Source: an uncultured Chloroflexia bacterium
GTDB taxonomy: Bacteria; Chloroflexota; Anaerolineae; Anaerolineales; E44-bin32
Length of the DNA: 64,000 bases
Direction of reading: 5' to 3'
Assembly: GCA_963777165.1 (NCBI GenBank)
Contig: CAVZPO010000021.1
Location: 140,187-204,186, forward strand
The notes under the pieces were generated by a model. That model was given only the letters and a program-made list of their open reading frames with translations, did no database searches and had not been told where the DNA came from. The first letter of the stretch is position 1. The number at the start of each line of letters is the position of its first letter. Positions 19,457 to 28,326 of this stretch are shown here, in pieces. A program made the position numbers and the translations under genes.

Positions 19457-20059
19457 GTGGCCGGCGTACCGATCCAGCCCCTCCTGGTCGTGGCGTTTGC
19501 CCTGGCGCTTGGCAAAGTCGTAGATCTGCCGGCTTTGCCGCTCCCTCCGGGGCTGCCGGCCTGGGCTCTGCCCGTCGGCATCTTCGTGCTCCTGGCGCTG
19601 AACACCGGGCTGGACACGCTGCGCATGCTGTCGGTGGCCCGCGGCCGGCGGGGCGCTGCCTGGCTGGCCGGGTTCACTCAGTCCGTCCTCTTTATCACGG
19701 CCATCGCCGGCCTGTTCAGCAATCTGGACAATCCATGGAATCTGGCAGCCTTAGCCGCGGGTTTCGCCAGCGGAAGCGTGCTCGGCATCCTGGCCGAAGC
19801 GCGCCTGGCGCCCGGACACCGGCTGGTGCGCATCGTCAGCTCCCGGCGCGGCGCGGCCATCGCCACCGCGCTCCGTCAGCGCGGCTGGGGCGCCACCGAA
19901 TTCGCCGCCCGCGGCCAGGACGGGATGGTGACGCTGATCTGGTGCCATGTCCCACGCCGCCAGGCTGGGTCGGTGACGGATGAGGCGCTCGACCTCGACC
20001 CTGAGGCCTTTGTCACCGCCGAGAGCGTCCGCCTGTTCCAGGGCGGATGGCGCGCCTGA
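19457..20059 (+). CDS. UPF0316 (DUF2179-containing) membrane protein, paralog 2
   Basis: Same architecture as the upstream gene (LNTGLDTLRMLSVARG...GATEFAARGQDGMVTLIWCHVPRRQ...AFVTAESV), 3 nt downstream of it. Confidence 0.7.
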   Translation: MAGVPIQPLLVVAFALALGKVVDLPALPLPPGLPAWALPVGIFVLLALNTGLDTLRMLSVARGRRGAAWLAGFTQSVLFITAIAGLFSNLDNPWNLAALAAGFASGSVLGILAEARLAPGHRLVRIVSSRRGAAIATALRQRGWGATEFAARGQDGMVTLIWCHVPRRQAGSVTDEALDLDPEAFVTAESVRLFQGGWRA

Positions 20060-20084
20060 CACCACGCCCCACCAAGGGTTCGGT

Positions 20085-20113
20085 TTGCGGTTCTCCCTCC
20101 GGCGACGTATAAT
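20085..20113 (+). promoter_or_regulatory. candidate sigma-70-type promoter
   Basis: TTGCGG (20085-20090), 17-nt spacer, TATAAT (20108-20113). It lies 45 nt upstream of the DUF4388 gene start. Confidence 0.4.
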
Positions 20114-20157
20114 CGCCAAACCCGGGCGGCGCCGCGCTCCGCCTGACCGAGGCCTGC

Positions 20158-20973
20158 ATGGCAGTCAAGGGCAATCTGCGTGACTTCAGTGTCACGCAAC
20201 TGCTCAATCTGATCAACCTGGCCCGCAAGACGGGGACGTTGACCGTCGAGGGGCCGAACGAAGCCGCCTGGGTCTCCTTCCAGGCCGGCAAGTTGATCTC
20301 TGCCCAGCTCGGCAACGAGGACGGGACGTTGGTCGGCATCCTGACCCGCTCGGGACGCATCACGGCCAAGCAGGCCCAGGTGATCAAGTCGCATGCCGGC
20401 GAGAAGTCCGACAAGGAGCTCGGCCTGCTGTTGATCAACGCCGGCTACCTGACGCAGCAGGACATCCTGGCCGGCATCCGCCAGTACATCATCGACATCG
20501 TCTACCGGCTGTTCACCTGGGTAGACGGCTTCTTCCGCTTCGACAATGATGTCCTGCCGCCCGACGACCGCATCGTCATGCGCCTCGACCTGGAAAACAT
20601 CATCATCGAGGGCGCGCGCCGGATGCGCGAATGGGAGCAGCTGCAGGAGGAACTTCCGAATCTGGACATGGCACTCGACTTCATCGAGCGCCCGGGGGCC
20701 AACATTCGCGACGTGAACTTGAACGTCGAAGAATGGAAGGTCGTCTCCTACATCAACCCAAAGAATTCCATCCGGCAGATCATGAAGGCCAACAAGATGA
20801 ACGAGCTCGAGATCCGCCGGATTGTTTACGGCCTGATCCAGGCGGGCCTGGTGGAAGTGGTGCGCCCGGTGGGCATGCCGCTCCCGCCGCAGGCCCGCCA
20901 GGTTCCGGTGGTCGACAAGCGTCAGCAAAGTTCGCTGGTCAATCGACTGATTGACCGCATCCGGTCGTTGTAG
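20158..20973 (+). CDS. DUF4388 domain protein
   Basis: The N-terminus GNLRDFSVTQLLNLINLARKTGTLTVEG....VSFQAGKLISA is the DUF4388 signature. The C-terminal half is helical. Confidence 0.7.
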   Translation: MAVKGNLRDFSVTQLLNLINLARKTGTLTVEGPNEAAWVSFQAGKLISAQLGNEDGTLVGILTRSGRITAKQAQVIKSHAGEKSDKELGLLLINAGYLTQQDILAGIRQYIIDIVYRLFTWVDGFFRFDNDVLPPDDRIVMRLDLENIIIEGARRMREWEQLQEELPNLDMALDFIERPGANIRDVNLNVEEWKVVSYINPKNSIRQIMKANKMNELEIRRIVYGLIQAGLVEVVRPVGMPLPPQARQVPVVDKRQQSSLVNRLIDRIRSL

Positions 20974-20985
20974 GCGAGGGCAGCC

Positions 20986-21519
20986 ATGCAAACCGTGAAG
21001 ATGGTCGTCACGGGTCCGTTCGCAGCCGGCAAGACCTCCTTCATCCGCTCGGTGAGTGAGATTGACGTCGTCTCGACCGAGCGTAAGATTTCCTCGGAGG
21101 CCGAGCGGATCAAGGAAACCACCACGGTGGCCATGGACTTCGGCCGGATCACCGTCGACGACGACCTGGTGCTCTACCTATTTGGCACACCGGGCCAGAA
21201 GCGGTTCGACTTCATGTGGGAAATCCTTTCGGAGGGGATGCTCGGCTTCATCGTCACCGTCGACAGCACGCGGCCGGAGACCTTCCGCGAGGCCAAGGGC
21301 ATTCTGCAGACCTTCCGCGCCTACGCCCCGACGCCGTACGTGGTGGCGGCCAACAAGCAGGACGTGAAGGACGCCTGGACGGTGGAGGACCTGCGCATCG
21401 CCCTGAAGCTCGATCCGGCGGTCAAGATGCTGCCGTGTGTCGCCAGCGATCGCGAGTCGGTCAAGAAGGTGCTGCTCGAGCTCCTATACAGCATCCTCGA
21501 GGAAATGGAAAAGAAGTAG
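20986..21519 (+). CDS. small Ras-like GTPase (COG2229 / conservon CvnD-type ATP/GTP-binding protein)
   Basis: G1 GPFAAGKTSF; G2 region TTTVAMDFG; G3 LFGTPGQKRF; G4 ANKQD. 177 aa. Confidence 0.8.
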   Translation: MQTVKMVVTGPFAAGKTSFIRSVSEIDVVSTERKISSEAERIKETTTVAMDFGRITVDDDLVLYLFGTPGQKRFDFMWEILSEGMLGFIVTVDSTRPETFREAKGILQTFRAYAPTPYVVAANKQDVKDAWTVEDLRIALKLDPAVKMLPCVASDRESVKKVLLELLYSILEEMEKK

Positions 21520-21544
21520 GCCGTTGGGCCGGCCCAGGGTTTCC

Positions 21545-22171
21545 GTGGCAAGCGAAGACGACCACTTCCTCCCCAACAAGATCGGGCGCATCCTGCTGCT
21601 ATCGCTCGAAGAGGTGGTCGGTCACAACGGCGTGAACGCTGCGCTGAACGTGGCCGGGCTGCCTGACCTGATCCACAGTTACCCGCCCAACACCCTCGAC
21701 CGCGAGTTCAGCTTCAGCGCCGTCGGGCGGATCCATCAGGCCCTCGACCGGTTGTACGGTACACGCGCCGGCCGCGGGCTGGCGCTGCGCACGGGACGTG
21801 CCGCTTTCAAGCACGCGCTGCGTGAATTCGGCCCGATGCTCGGGATGACCGAACTGCCCTTCCGCCTCCTCCCGCTGCCGATGAAGCTCAAGTCCGGGTT
21901 GGAAGGCACCGCCGAACTCCTCAACCGCTACACCGATCAGATCGTCCACCTCGAAGAAGGACCTGAGGCCTACCGCTTCCACCTGGACCTGTGCCCGCTG
22001 TGCTGGGGGCGCCGGCTCGACCAGCCTGGGTGCCACCTGGCCATCGGGTTCCTCCAGGAAGGGCTCTCCTGGATGAGCGGTGGGAAGAACTTCCTGGTCG
22101 AAGAGACCGATTGCGCTGCCCACGGCGGCGCCGCCTGCGTCCTACGCATCCTCCGCCAGCCTCTGGACTGA
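21545..22171 (+). CDS. V4R (4-vinyl reductase) domain protein
   Basis: The C-terminus CPLCWGR....PGCHLAIGFLQEGLSW.SG.....VEETDCAAHGGAACVLRI matches the V4R Cys pattern. The start is placed at GTG 21545, after the GTPase stop. Confidence 0.7.
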   Translation: MASEDDHFLPNKIGRILLLSLEEVVGHNGVNAALNVAGLPDLIHSYPPNTLDREFSFSAVGRIHQALDRLYGTRAGRGLALRTGRAAFKHALREFGPMLGMTELPFRLLPLPMKLKSGLEGTAELLNRYTDQIVHLEEGPEAYRFHLDLCPLCWGRRLDQPGCHLAIGFLQEGLSWMSGGKNFLVEETDCAAHGGAACVLRILRQPLD

Positions 22172-22301
22172 TCCGGGTGCAGGCGCGGCCGGCGGGCCTC
22201 GCCCATAGGTCATGGTTGCCCGCCCTCCGGCTTTACCGTAAGATTCTCTGGAGACACTACCTCCCCAGGCGAGCTCCGCCTCCTGTCGGCAACGGTGGAC
22301 G

Positions 22302-23186
22302 ATGGCCAAGCAACGCATCCTGGTAGTCGAGGACAATCGAGACATTGCCAAAGTCCTCGAGTTGTTCCTCAACGAGCAGGGCTACCTGGTCAAGGTCACG
22401 CCCCGCGGCCGGGACGCGCTCAGCCTGAGCCAACTCGAACTCCCCAACCTGATCCTGCTCGACATCCTGCTGCCCGACCTGGACGGCTACGAGGTGTGCC
22501 GCAGCCTACGGACCAGCCCGCGCACCGGTCACATCCCGATCATCTTCCTGACACAAAAGGACGAGCGCAGCGACCGCATCACCGGCCTGCAGCTCGGCGT
22601 CGATGACTACATCACAAAGCCCTTTGACATCGAAGAACTCGGCCTGCGGATTCAGAATGTCCTGCAACGGACTGAGCGGGAACGGCTGACGGATCCACGG
22701 ACGGGCCTGCCCGCCGGCAAGCTGGTGGAGGACCAGGTGGCGGGGCTGCTCGCCGCCGATGCCTGGGGACTGCTCGCTTGCCGCATCGAAGGCTTCGATC
22801 GCTTTCTCGAGTTGCGCGGTCCGCTCGCAGGGGACGAAGTGCTGCGCGGGGCCACCCAGTTCCTGGGGCAGACGGTCGACGCCCTGGGCGGCGCCGATGA
22901 TTTCATCGGTCATGACTGGAGTGGCAGTTTCACCGTTGTAACCAATGCCTTCGCCGCCTCGGCCGTCGCCGAACGGTTGCGGGAGCGCTTTGAGGATGAG
23001 ACGCGCGCCGCCCGCAGCGCCGCCGAGGACCTCGCCCCGGGTGGCCGCAAGCACGATCCGCCGCCAAATATGTACCTGGCCGTGGGCGTGCTGACCTCGG
23101 CCGAAGGCCCCTTCAGCCGATCCGAAGAGTTGCTCGAAGCGGCCGCGCGCGCCCGGCGCCGCGACGCCTACGAGCGCGCAGGCTGA
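22302..23186 (+). CDS. response regulator: receiver + degenerate GGDEF-like domain
   Basis: REC: ILVVEDN...LILLDILLPDLDGYEV...DDYITKPF. Then DPRTGLPAGK...GDEVLRG...GHDWSGSFTVV, where canonical GGDEF is replaced by WSGSF. Confidence 0.8.
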   Translation: MAKQRILVVEDNRDIAKVLELFLNEQGYLVKVTPRGRDALSLSQLELPNLILLDILLPDLDGYEVCRSLRTSPRTGHIPIIFLTQKDERSDRITGLQLGVDDYITKPFDIEELGLRIQNVLQRTERERLTDPRTGLPAGKLVEDQVAGLLAADAWGLLACRIEGFDRFLELRGPLAGDEVLRGATQFLGQTVDALGGADDFIGHDWSGSFTVVTNAFAASAVAERLRERFEDETRAARSAAEDLAPGGRKHDPPPNMYLAVGVLTSAEGPFSRSEELLEAAARARRRDAYERAG

Positions 23187-23189
23187 AGC

Positions 23190-24956
23190 GTGAGCCTGTC
23201 GATCCCGGCCATCCTTGGTCTGCTGATGCTGGCCGCCCTCGCCGGCGGCATGGTGGCGTCGTGGGTCGGGCAACGGCGACGCCGGACGCGCCCGGCGGAT
23301 CAATCGGGCGGGCGCCGTGAGTCAATCCCTCAGACGGCGCTTGCGGAACTGAGCCGCAACCTGGCGGCCAGCGACGACCTGGATCAGATGATCGAACGCT
23401 CGCTGTCGATCCTGGCTCAAGCCACGGGCGCCGAGCGCGCCGCAGTCCAATTGGCGACTCCCGGCTCCGAACGCCTGCTTCACTGGGCGTCGCATGACGC
23501 CTCACAAGGAGCCCGACCGGTTGCTCGGCCGCTCTCGACCGAACGCAGCCACGGCCTGGCCGGATGGGTGATCGACCACCGCGAACCGGCGCTGATTCCG
23601 GACGTCAGCCGCGACCGACGCTGGATCCCGTTTTCCGGCACGGACGAAGACCACTACAGCGCCCTGGCCGTGCCACTGCTGGCAGGCACGCAAGCGCTGG
23701 GCGCGTGCCTGCTGCTCGGCCGTTCACCCAAGGTCTTCACGCCGGAGGACCGCGAGCTGGCGATGGCCGGCTCGGCGTTGATGGCCTTCGCCATCCGCCT
23801 GGCGGAGGCGCGCCGCAGCCTCCACGAAGCGGAGCGCAGGAGCGAAGACGCCGTTCGCCAACAGCAAGCCGACTTCCGGCGTGCACAGGCGATCCTCGAG
23901 TCGGTCGCTGATGGCGTCGTAGTCACCGGGCCGAGTCATCAGGTGGCCGTGTGCAATGCCGCCGCCGAACGCATCCTGTCGCTGCCCCGCGCCTCGGTGC
24001 TCGGTGAACCGGCCGCCCAGTTCATCGGGCTGTATGGCTCCGCCGGCCGACGTTGGGCCGAGGCGCTGCAGGCGTGGAGCCAGGACCCGGCCTCGGCCGC
24101 CGACCGTCCGACGCTCGCCGATCGCCTCGACCTGGAGGACGGCCGGGTCGTCGAAGTGCACGTGGCCCCCGTCGTCCTGGGCAACGACTTCCTGGGAACG
24201 GTGGCGGTCTTCCGCGACATCAGCCGTGACGTCGAGGTCGATCAGCTCAAGTCGGACTTCGTAGCCACCGTCAGCCACGAACTGCGGACTCCGATGACCT
24301 CGATCCGCGGCTACGTGCAGATGCTGCTGCTCGAGGCCGCCGGCCCGCTGACCGACGAGCAGCGCAAGTTTCTGGAGACCATCCGTTCCAACTCGGAACG
24401 GCTCGGGCGGCTGGTTAACGATCTGCTCGACCTGTCGCGCCTTGAGTCCGGCGCCGACGAACTGCACCTTCAGGCCGTCGCGCCGCTGCCCGTCCTGGAG
24501 GCCGGCCGCGATTACCTCGCCTCGCGCTGCGTGCAGGATTCCAAAGGCCTGCGCGTGGAGCTCGAGGCCTCGGGCTTGCTTCCAGAGGTGCGCGCCGACC
24601 CGCAGCGGCTGCAGCAGATCTTGCGCGGCCTGCTCGACAACAGCTTCAACTTCACGCCCGCCGGGGGATCGGTCTGGATCCGCGCTCAGTCTACCGGGGA
24701 CCGGCTGCGGATCGAAGTGGCGGACTCCGGGACCGGCATCCCGCTGGCTGAACAGCCGCGGGTCTTCGAGCGGTTCTTCCGCGGCGAGCAGGCCCTCAAT
24801 CTCGGTGTGCCGGGGACCGGCCTGGGGCTCTCGATCGTCGCCCACCTGGTGGAGCTGCACGGCGGGACAATCAAGCTTCAGAGCGAAGGGGTGTCCGGAC
24901 AGGGGACGCGGTTTTCGTTCGCCCTTCCGCTCTCTCCATCCTCGGCAGGAGGCTAG
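23190..24956 (+). CDS. sensor histidine kinase (TM-GAF-PAS-HisKA-HATPase)
   Basis: H-box FVATVSHELRTPMTSIRGY; N box LLDNSFNFT; G boxes DSGTGIP, GTGLGLSIV. Upstream there are GAF-like and PAS-like regions. Confidence 0.85.
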   Translation: MSLSIPAILGLLMLAALAGGMVASWVGQRRRRTRPADQSGGRRESIPQTALAELSRNLAASDDLDQMIERSLSILAQATGAERAAVQLATPGSERLLHWASHDASQGARPVARPLSTERSHGLAGWVIDHREPALIPDVSRDRRWIPFSGTDEDHYSALAVPLLAGTQALGACLLLGRSPKVFTPEDRELAMAGSALMAFAIRLAEARRSLHEAERRSEDAVRQQQADFRRAQAILESVADGVVVTGPSHQVAVCNAAAERILSLPRASVLGEPAAQFIGLYGSAGRRWAEALQAWSQDPASAADRPTLADRLDLEDGRVVEVHVAPVVLGNDFLGTVAVFRDISRDVEVDQLKSDFVATVSHELRTPMTSIRGYVQMLLLEAAGPLTDEQRKFLETIRSNSERLGRLVNDLLDLSRLESGADELHLQAVAPLPVLEAGRDYLASRCVQDSKGLRVELEASGLLPEVRADPQRLQQILRGLLDNSFNFTPAGGSVWIRAQSTGDRLRIEVADSGTGIPLAEQPRVFERFFRGEQALNLGVPGTGLGLSIVAHLVELHGGTIKLQSEGVSGQGTRFSFALPLSPSSAGG

Positions 24957-24965
24957 ACACCGCGC

Positions 24966-25346
24966 ATGGCCCGCATATTGGTCGCAGAAGACGAACGCGA
25001 CATTCGCGAGTTGATCGGATTCACGCTCCGCCACCACGGCCACGAGGTGCTAACCGCTTCGAATGGCGAGGACGCTCTGGCCACGGCGCTGCGCGACCTG
25101 CCCGACCTGGTGCTCCTCGATATCCGCATGCCGCGCCTGACGGGGTATGATGTCTGCCGCCGGCTGCGCGCCGACCCCACCACGCAGCATATCCCGATCG
25201 CCTTCCTTTCCGCCAAGGGCCAGGAGGCCGAGATCCAGGCTGGAATGGATGCCGGTGCCACCGACTACATCCTCAAGCCGTTCGCCCCGAACCAATTGGC
25301 CAATCGTGTGGCCCTCTTGCTGGGGCAGCCTGGGGAACCAGGATAG
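24966..25346 (+). CDS. single-domain (CheY-like) response regulator
   Basis: MARILVAEDERDIRELI...LVLLDIRMPRLTGYDV...TDYILKPF. Confidence 0.85.
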   Translation: MARILVAEDERDIRELIGFTLRHHGHEVLTASNGEDALATALRDLPDLVLLDIRMPRLTGYDVCRRLRADPTTQHIPIAFLSAKGQEAEIQAGMDAGATDYILKPFAPNQLANRVALLLGQPGEPG

Positions 25347-25417
25347 GGACCTACCTGTCGGCCTGGCGTGCGCCGGGTGCCCGTGCCCCTTGCCGGATTG
25401 ACCAAGGAGAGAGACGG

Positions 25418-25927
25418 ATGCTGCGCGTGGTGGAGGAAGGGAACCGGCTGGAGATCATTTCGCCCATGCCCGCGGGCAAACGTGTGCTCTTCGGTGTCCT
25501 GGCGCTTGTCCCGCTTCTGGCTCCCTACCAGCTTCTGATCGCACCGCACTGGGAGGACGTCCTAAACCCCTTCTTTGGATTCGCCGCCCTGATCTCGCTG
25601 GGGGCATTAGCCGTCAGCGCCTTCCTCGTCTGGGCCGCCATTGCCGGCATCGAGTCCACGGCACTCTTCGACCGACAGCGACGCACCCTGACCACGATCG
25701 CCCGGGCACCGGTGATGCCGCTGCAGGCGCGGAGGTACTCCCTCAACGATCTGCGCGCCATCGAAATCGAGAAGACCGAGTGGAGCGCCGGTGTCCCGAG
25801 CTACTCACTGCGGATCGACACGGCCGACGGCCGCGCCTTCAAGCTGCTCGCCGAGTACGACAGGGCCGAGCCCGAGGCAGTCCTGCGCCAGATCAGCCGG
25901 TTCCTGGCACAGCCCTCGGCCCGCTGA
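25418..25927 (+). CDS. hypothetical membrane protein
   Basis: Two predicted TM helices followed by a small soluble domain. I recognise no family. Confidence 0.45.
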   Translation: MLRVVEEGNRLEIISPMPAGKRVLFGVLALVPLLAPYQLLIAPHWEDVLNPFFGFAALISLGALAVSAFLVWAAIAGIESTALFDRQRRTLTTIARAPVMPLQARRYSLNDLRAIEIEKTEWSAGVPSYSLRIDTADGRAFKLLAEYDRAEPEAVLRQISRFLAQPSAR

Positions 25928-26251
25928 TCGAGGAAGCCGGCACGCCCGGCAGCCTCTCGCCCGCCGCCTTCGCCGCGGCCTCTTGCTCCCCGGCGCGCTG
26001 GTCGCGGCCGAGGGATCGGACGCTGGCTGCCGCGCCGCTGCCGTCACATCAACTCGTCCTCCTTTGCGAGCGCACCTGCATCATCGCTCCCGGAAATCGC
26101 CCCCCGGGCATCACTTTCGTGCCCTTCGGCCTGGCCGCCGCCCGTGTTGTACACTTGGCCGGGCGACGACCGGGATCGTAATCCCTGGCGCGAAGAGGAA
26201 ACCAACCCATGGTCGGACGAGGGGTCACGGCCGCGCGCGAGACACTGGCAT

Positions 26252-28216
26252 ATGGAAGACGCGGCCGCGGGGCTGGCCGTCGTCTGTGCGCTCCTGCTTG
26301 GCCTCAGCGGATTCAACCACTTTGGTGCCTCGTGGGATGAGACGCAGGACTACGCATACGCCAGCCTGTCGCTCTCGGCATATCGCGGACCAGTCCCTGA
26401 GTGGTCGCGGCTTGCGGAAGGCGACTACGTCGAACTGCACGGGCCGGCGTACCTCATGGCCTCCGAGCTGGCCGCGACGGGCCTGACGCGACTCCGTCCC
26501 GGCTGGTCCATGCTGGATGCCAGGCACTTCACCAACCAATTCATCTTCCTGGTTGGGGGACTGTCGCTGTATCTCCTGACCCGCAGGTTGATCGGTCGCA
26601 GGGCCGCCCTGTTCGCCCTAGCCATGATGGCAACGCAACCGCTGCTGTGGGGCCATTCATTCATCAATCAGAAGGACACTCCCTTCATGGCGCTCTTCCT
26701 GGCCTCGGTGGCAGCTGGACTCCTGGTTGCCTCCAAGCCGGAGGGAGACCGCGTCCCCGACCCCGGCGAACCGCATTCGGTTCTCACGACCAGGGACGCC
26801 ATGTGGCGTGCGGCGAGGATGAACTGGGGGTCGGCCACCCGCATCAGGAAGTTCCTTCTCGCCGGGGTCCTGCTTGCGGCAGCAGCCGTGGTTGTCGAAG
26901 TCGTCTTCCTCAATCGCGTTCTGTGGCCGGCAGTGCAGTCGGTCATTCTCCGGGCTCACGCCGGCGACTCACTACCGTGGATCAACGCTCTATTTGACCG
27001 GCTCGCGCCCGGTGCAGCACAGGTCCCGGCGTCGTCCTACGTCGACAGGGCCGCCCAGGCTTATTCGTGGTTGCGACCCATCCTCGCGTTCCTGGCAATC
27101 GCCGCGGCATGGCTCGCCGGCCGGGCGGTTCTCCCGTCAGTCCGACTCCCGTGGAACGTCCGCTGGTCATGGAGAGGATCACCCAAGCCCGGCGCCGGCT
27201 CCGTGGCCGGCCTCCTCTTGGCGGGAGTCTTGTTGGGCGTGACGATCTCAGTCCGCTCACTGGGTGTCTTCGCAGGAGTGCTCGTGACACTGTTCATGAT
27301 CCGGCACCGGCGGCCTCCGGTGGTGGGGATCCTGGCCTATTGGGCCATGGCCGCGTTGGCCTGCTATGCCACGTGGCCTTACCTGTGGGGCGATCCCTTC
27401 GGCCGATTCGTTGACAGCCTGCGGACATTGGCGGCCTTCCCATGGCAGGGTGATATCTTGTACGCTGGCAAGCTGTGGGATGCTGGCGCAACCCCGTGGC
27501 ACTACCTTCCCTTCCTGATCCTTGCCCAACTTACCCTCCCCGCACTCTTGCTCGCCCTTATCGGGCTGGGGGTCGGTTTGCATCGCGTGGTTCAACGCGC
27601 CATGGATGGCATAGCGTTGGGGCTCCTGATGGTGTGGGGTAGCGTGCCGATTGCTGCGGCGATTGCCCTGCGCTCGATCGTTTATGACAACGCACGACAG
27701 TTCCTGTTTGCCCTGCCCCCGCTCTTCATCCTGGCAGGGCTCGGCATCGATGGGATCTTGGGGAGAATCCGTTCCCGAGCAATCGGGGCGGCAGGCGTGC
27801 TTGCCCTGCTTGCCCCGGGCGTGCTCGGCATCCTTGCCCTCCATCCCTACGAGTACACGTACTTCAACTCGCTGGTGGGGGGCACAGAAGGCGCCTATCG
27901 CAGATTCGAGACCGACTATTGGTGTACATCGTACCGGGAAGCCATGGAGCTGATCGGGGCCACAGCTCCGCCTGGGGCGGTCATCGCCGTCTCGGGGCCT
28001 TGGTATTCCGCCCAGCAGGTGGCCCGGGCAGACCTGGTGATCCGGCAAATCGATGACGGCACAGATCCACGTGCTGATCAGGTCACCTTCGGCCTCGCCT
28101 GCACTCGCACGAACAAGGACGCGGTTTTCTATCCGGGGTTTCCAGCTGCGGAGGAAATCACTGCGGGTGGAGCGACGCTGGCGGTGATCAAGGACTTCCG
28201 CCGTCCCCTGCCCTGA
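26252..28216 (+). CDS. GT-C-type polytopic membrane glycosyltransferase (ArnT/PMT-like)
   Basis: More than 10 TM segments and an acidic first-loop motif SWDETQDY. The start is uncertain (ATG 26252 or GTG/TTG 26144). Confidence 0.5.
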   Translation: MEDAAAGLAVVCALLLGLSGFNHFGASWDETQDYAYASLSLSAYRGPVPEWSRLAEGDYVELHGPAYLMASELAATGLTRLRPGWSMLDARHFTNQFIFLVGGLSLYLLTRRLIGRRAALFALAMMATQPLLWGHSFINQKDTPFMALFLASVAAGLLVASKPEGDRVPDPGEPHSVLTTRDAMWRAARMNWGSATRIRKFLLAGVLLAAAAVVVEVVFLNRVLWPAVQSVILRAHAGDSLPWINALFDRLAPGAAQVPASSYVDRAAQAYSWLRPILAFLAIAAAWLAGRAVLPSVRLPWNVRWSWRGSPKPGAGSVAGLLLAGVLLGVTISVRSLGVFAGVLVTLFMIRHRRPPVVGILAYWAMAALACYATWPYLWGDPFGRFVDSLRTLAAFPWQGDILYAGKLWDAGATPWHYLPFLILAQLTLPALLLALIGLGVGLHRVVQRAMDGIALGLLMVWGSVPIAAAIALRSIVYDNARQFLFALPPLFILAGLGIDGILGRIRSRAIGAAGVLALLAPGVLGILALHPYEYTYFNSLVGGTEGAYRRFETDYWCTSYREAMELIGATAPPGAVIAVSGPWYSAQQVARADLVIRQIDDGTDPRADQVTFGLACTRTNKDAVFYPGFPAAEEITAGGATLAVIKDFRRPLP

Positions 28217-28326
28217 GCTCCAGCGCTGCGGCCATTCTCAACGCGGGTTTGCGCAGCCACTGCCGACCCAAGCCGCACAGGGTTCTTCCATCCGGTTGGC
28301 AGCAGAAGTCCGACCGCCGGACGGTA

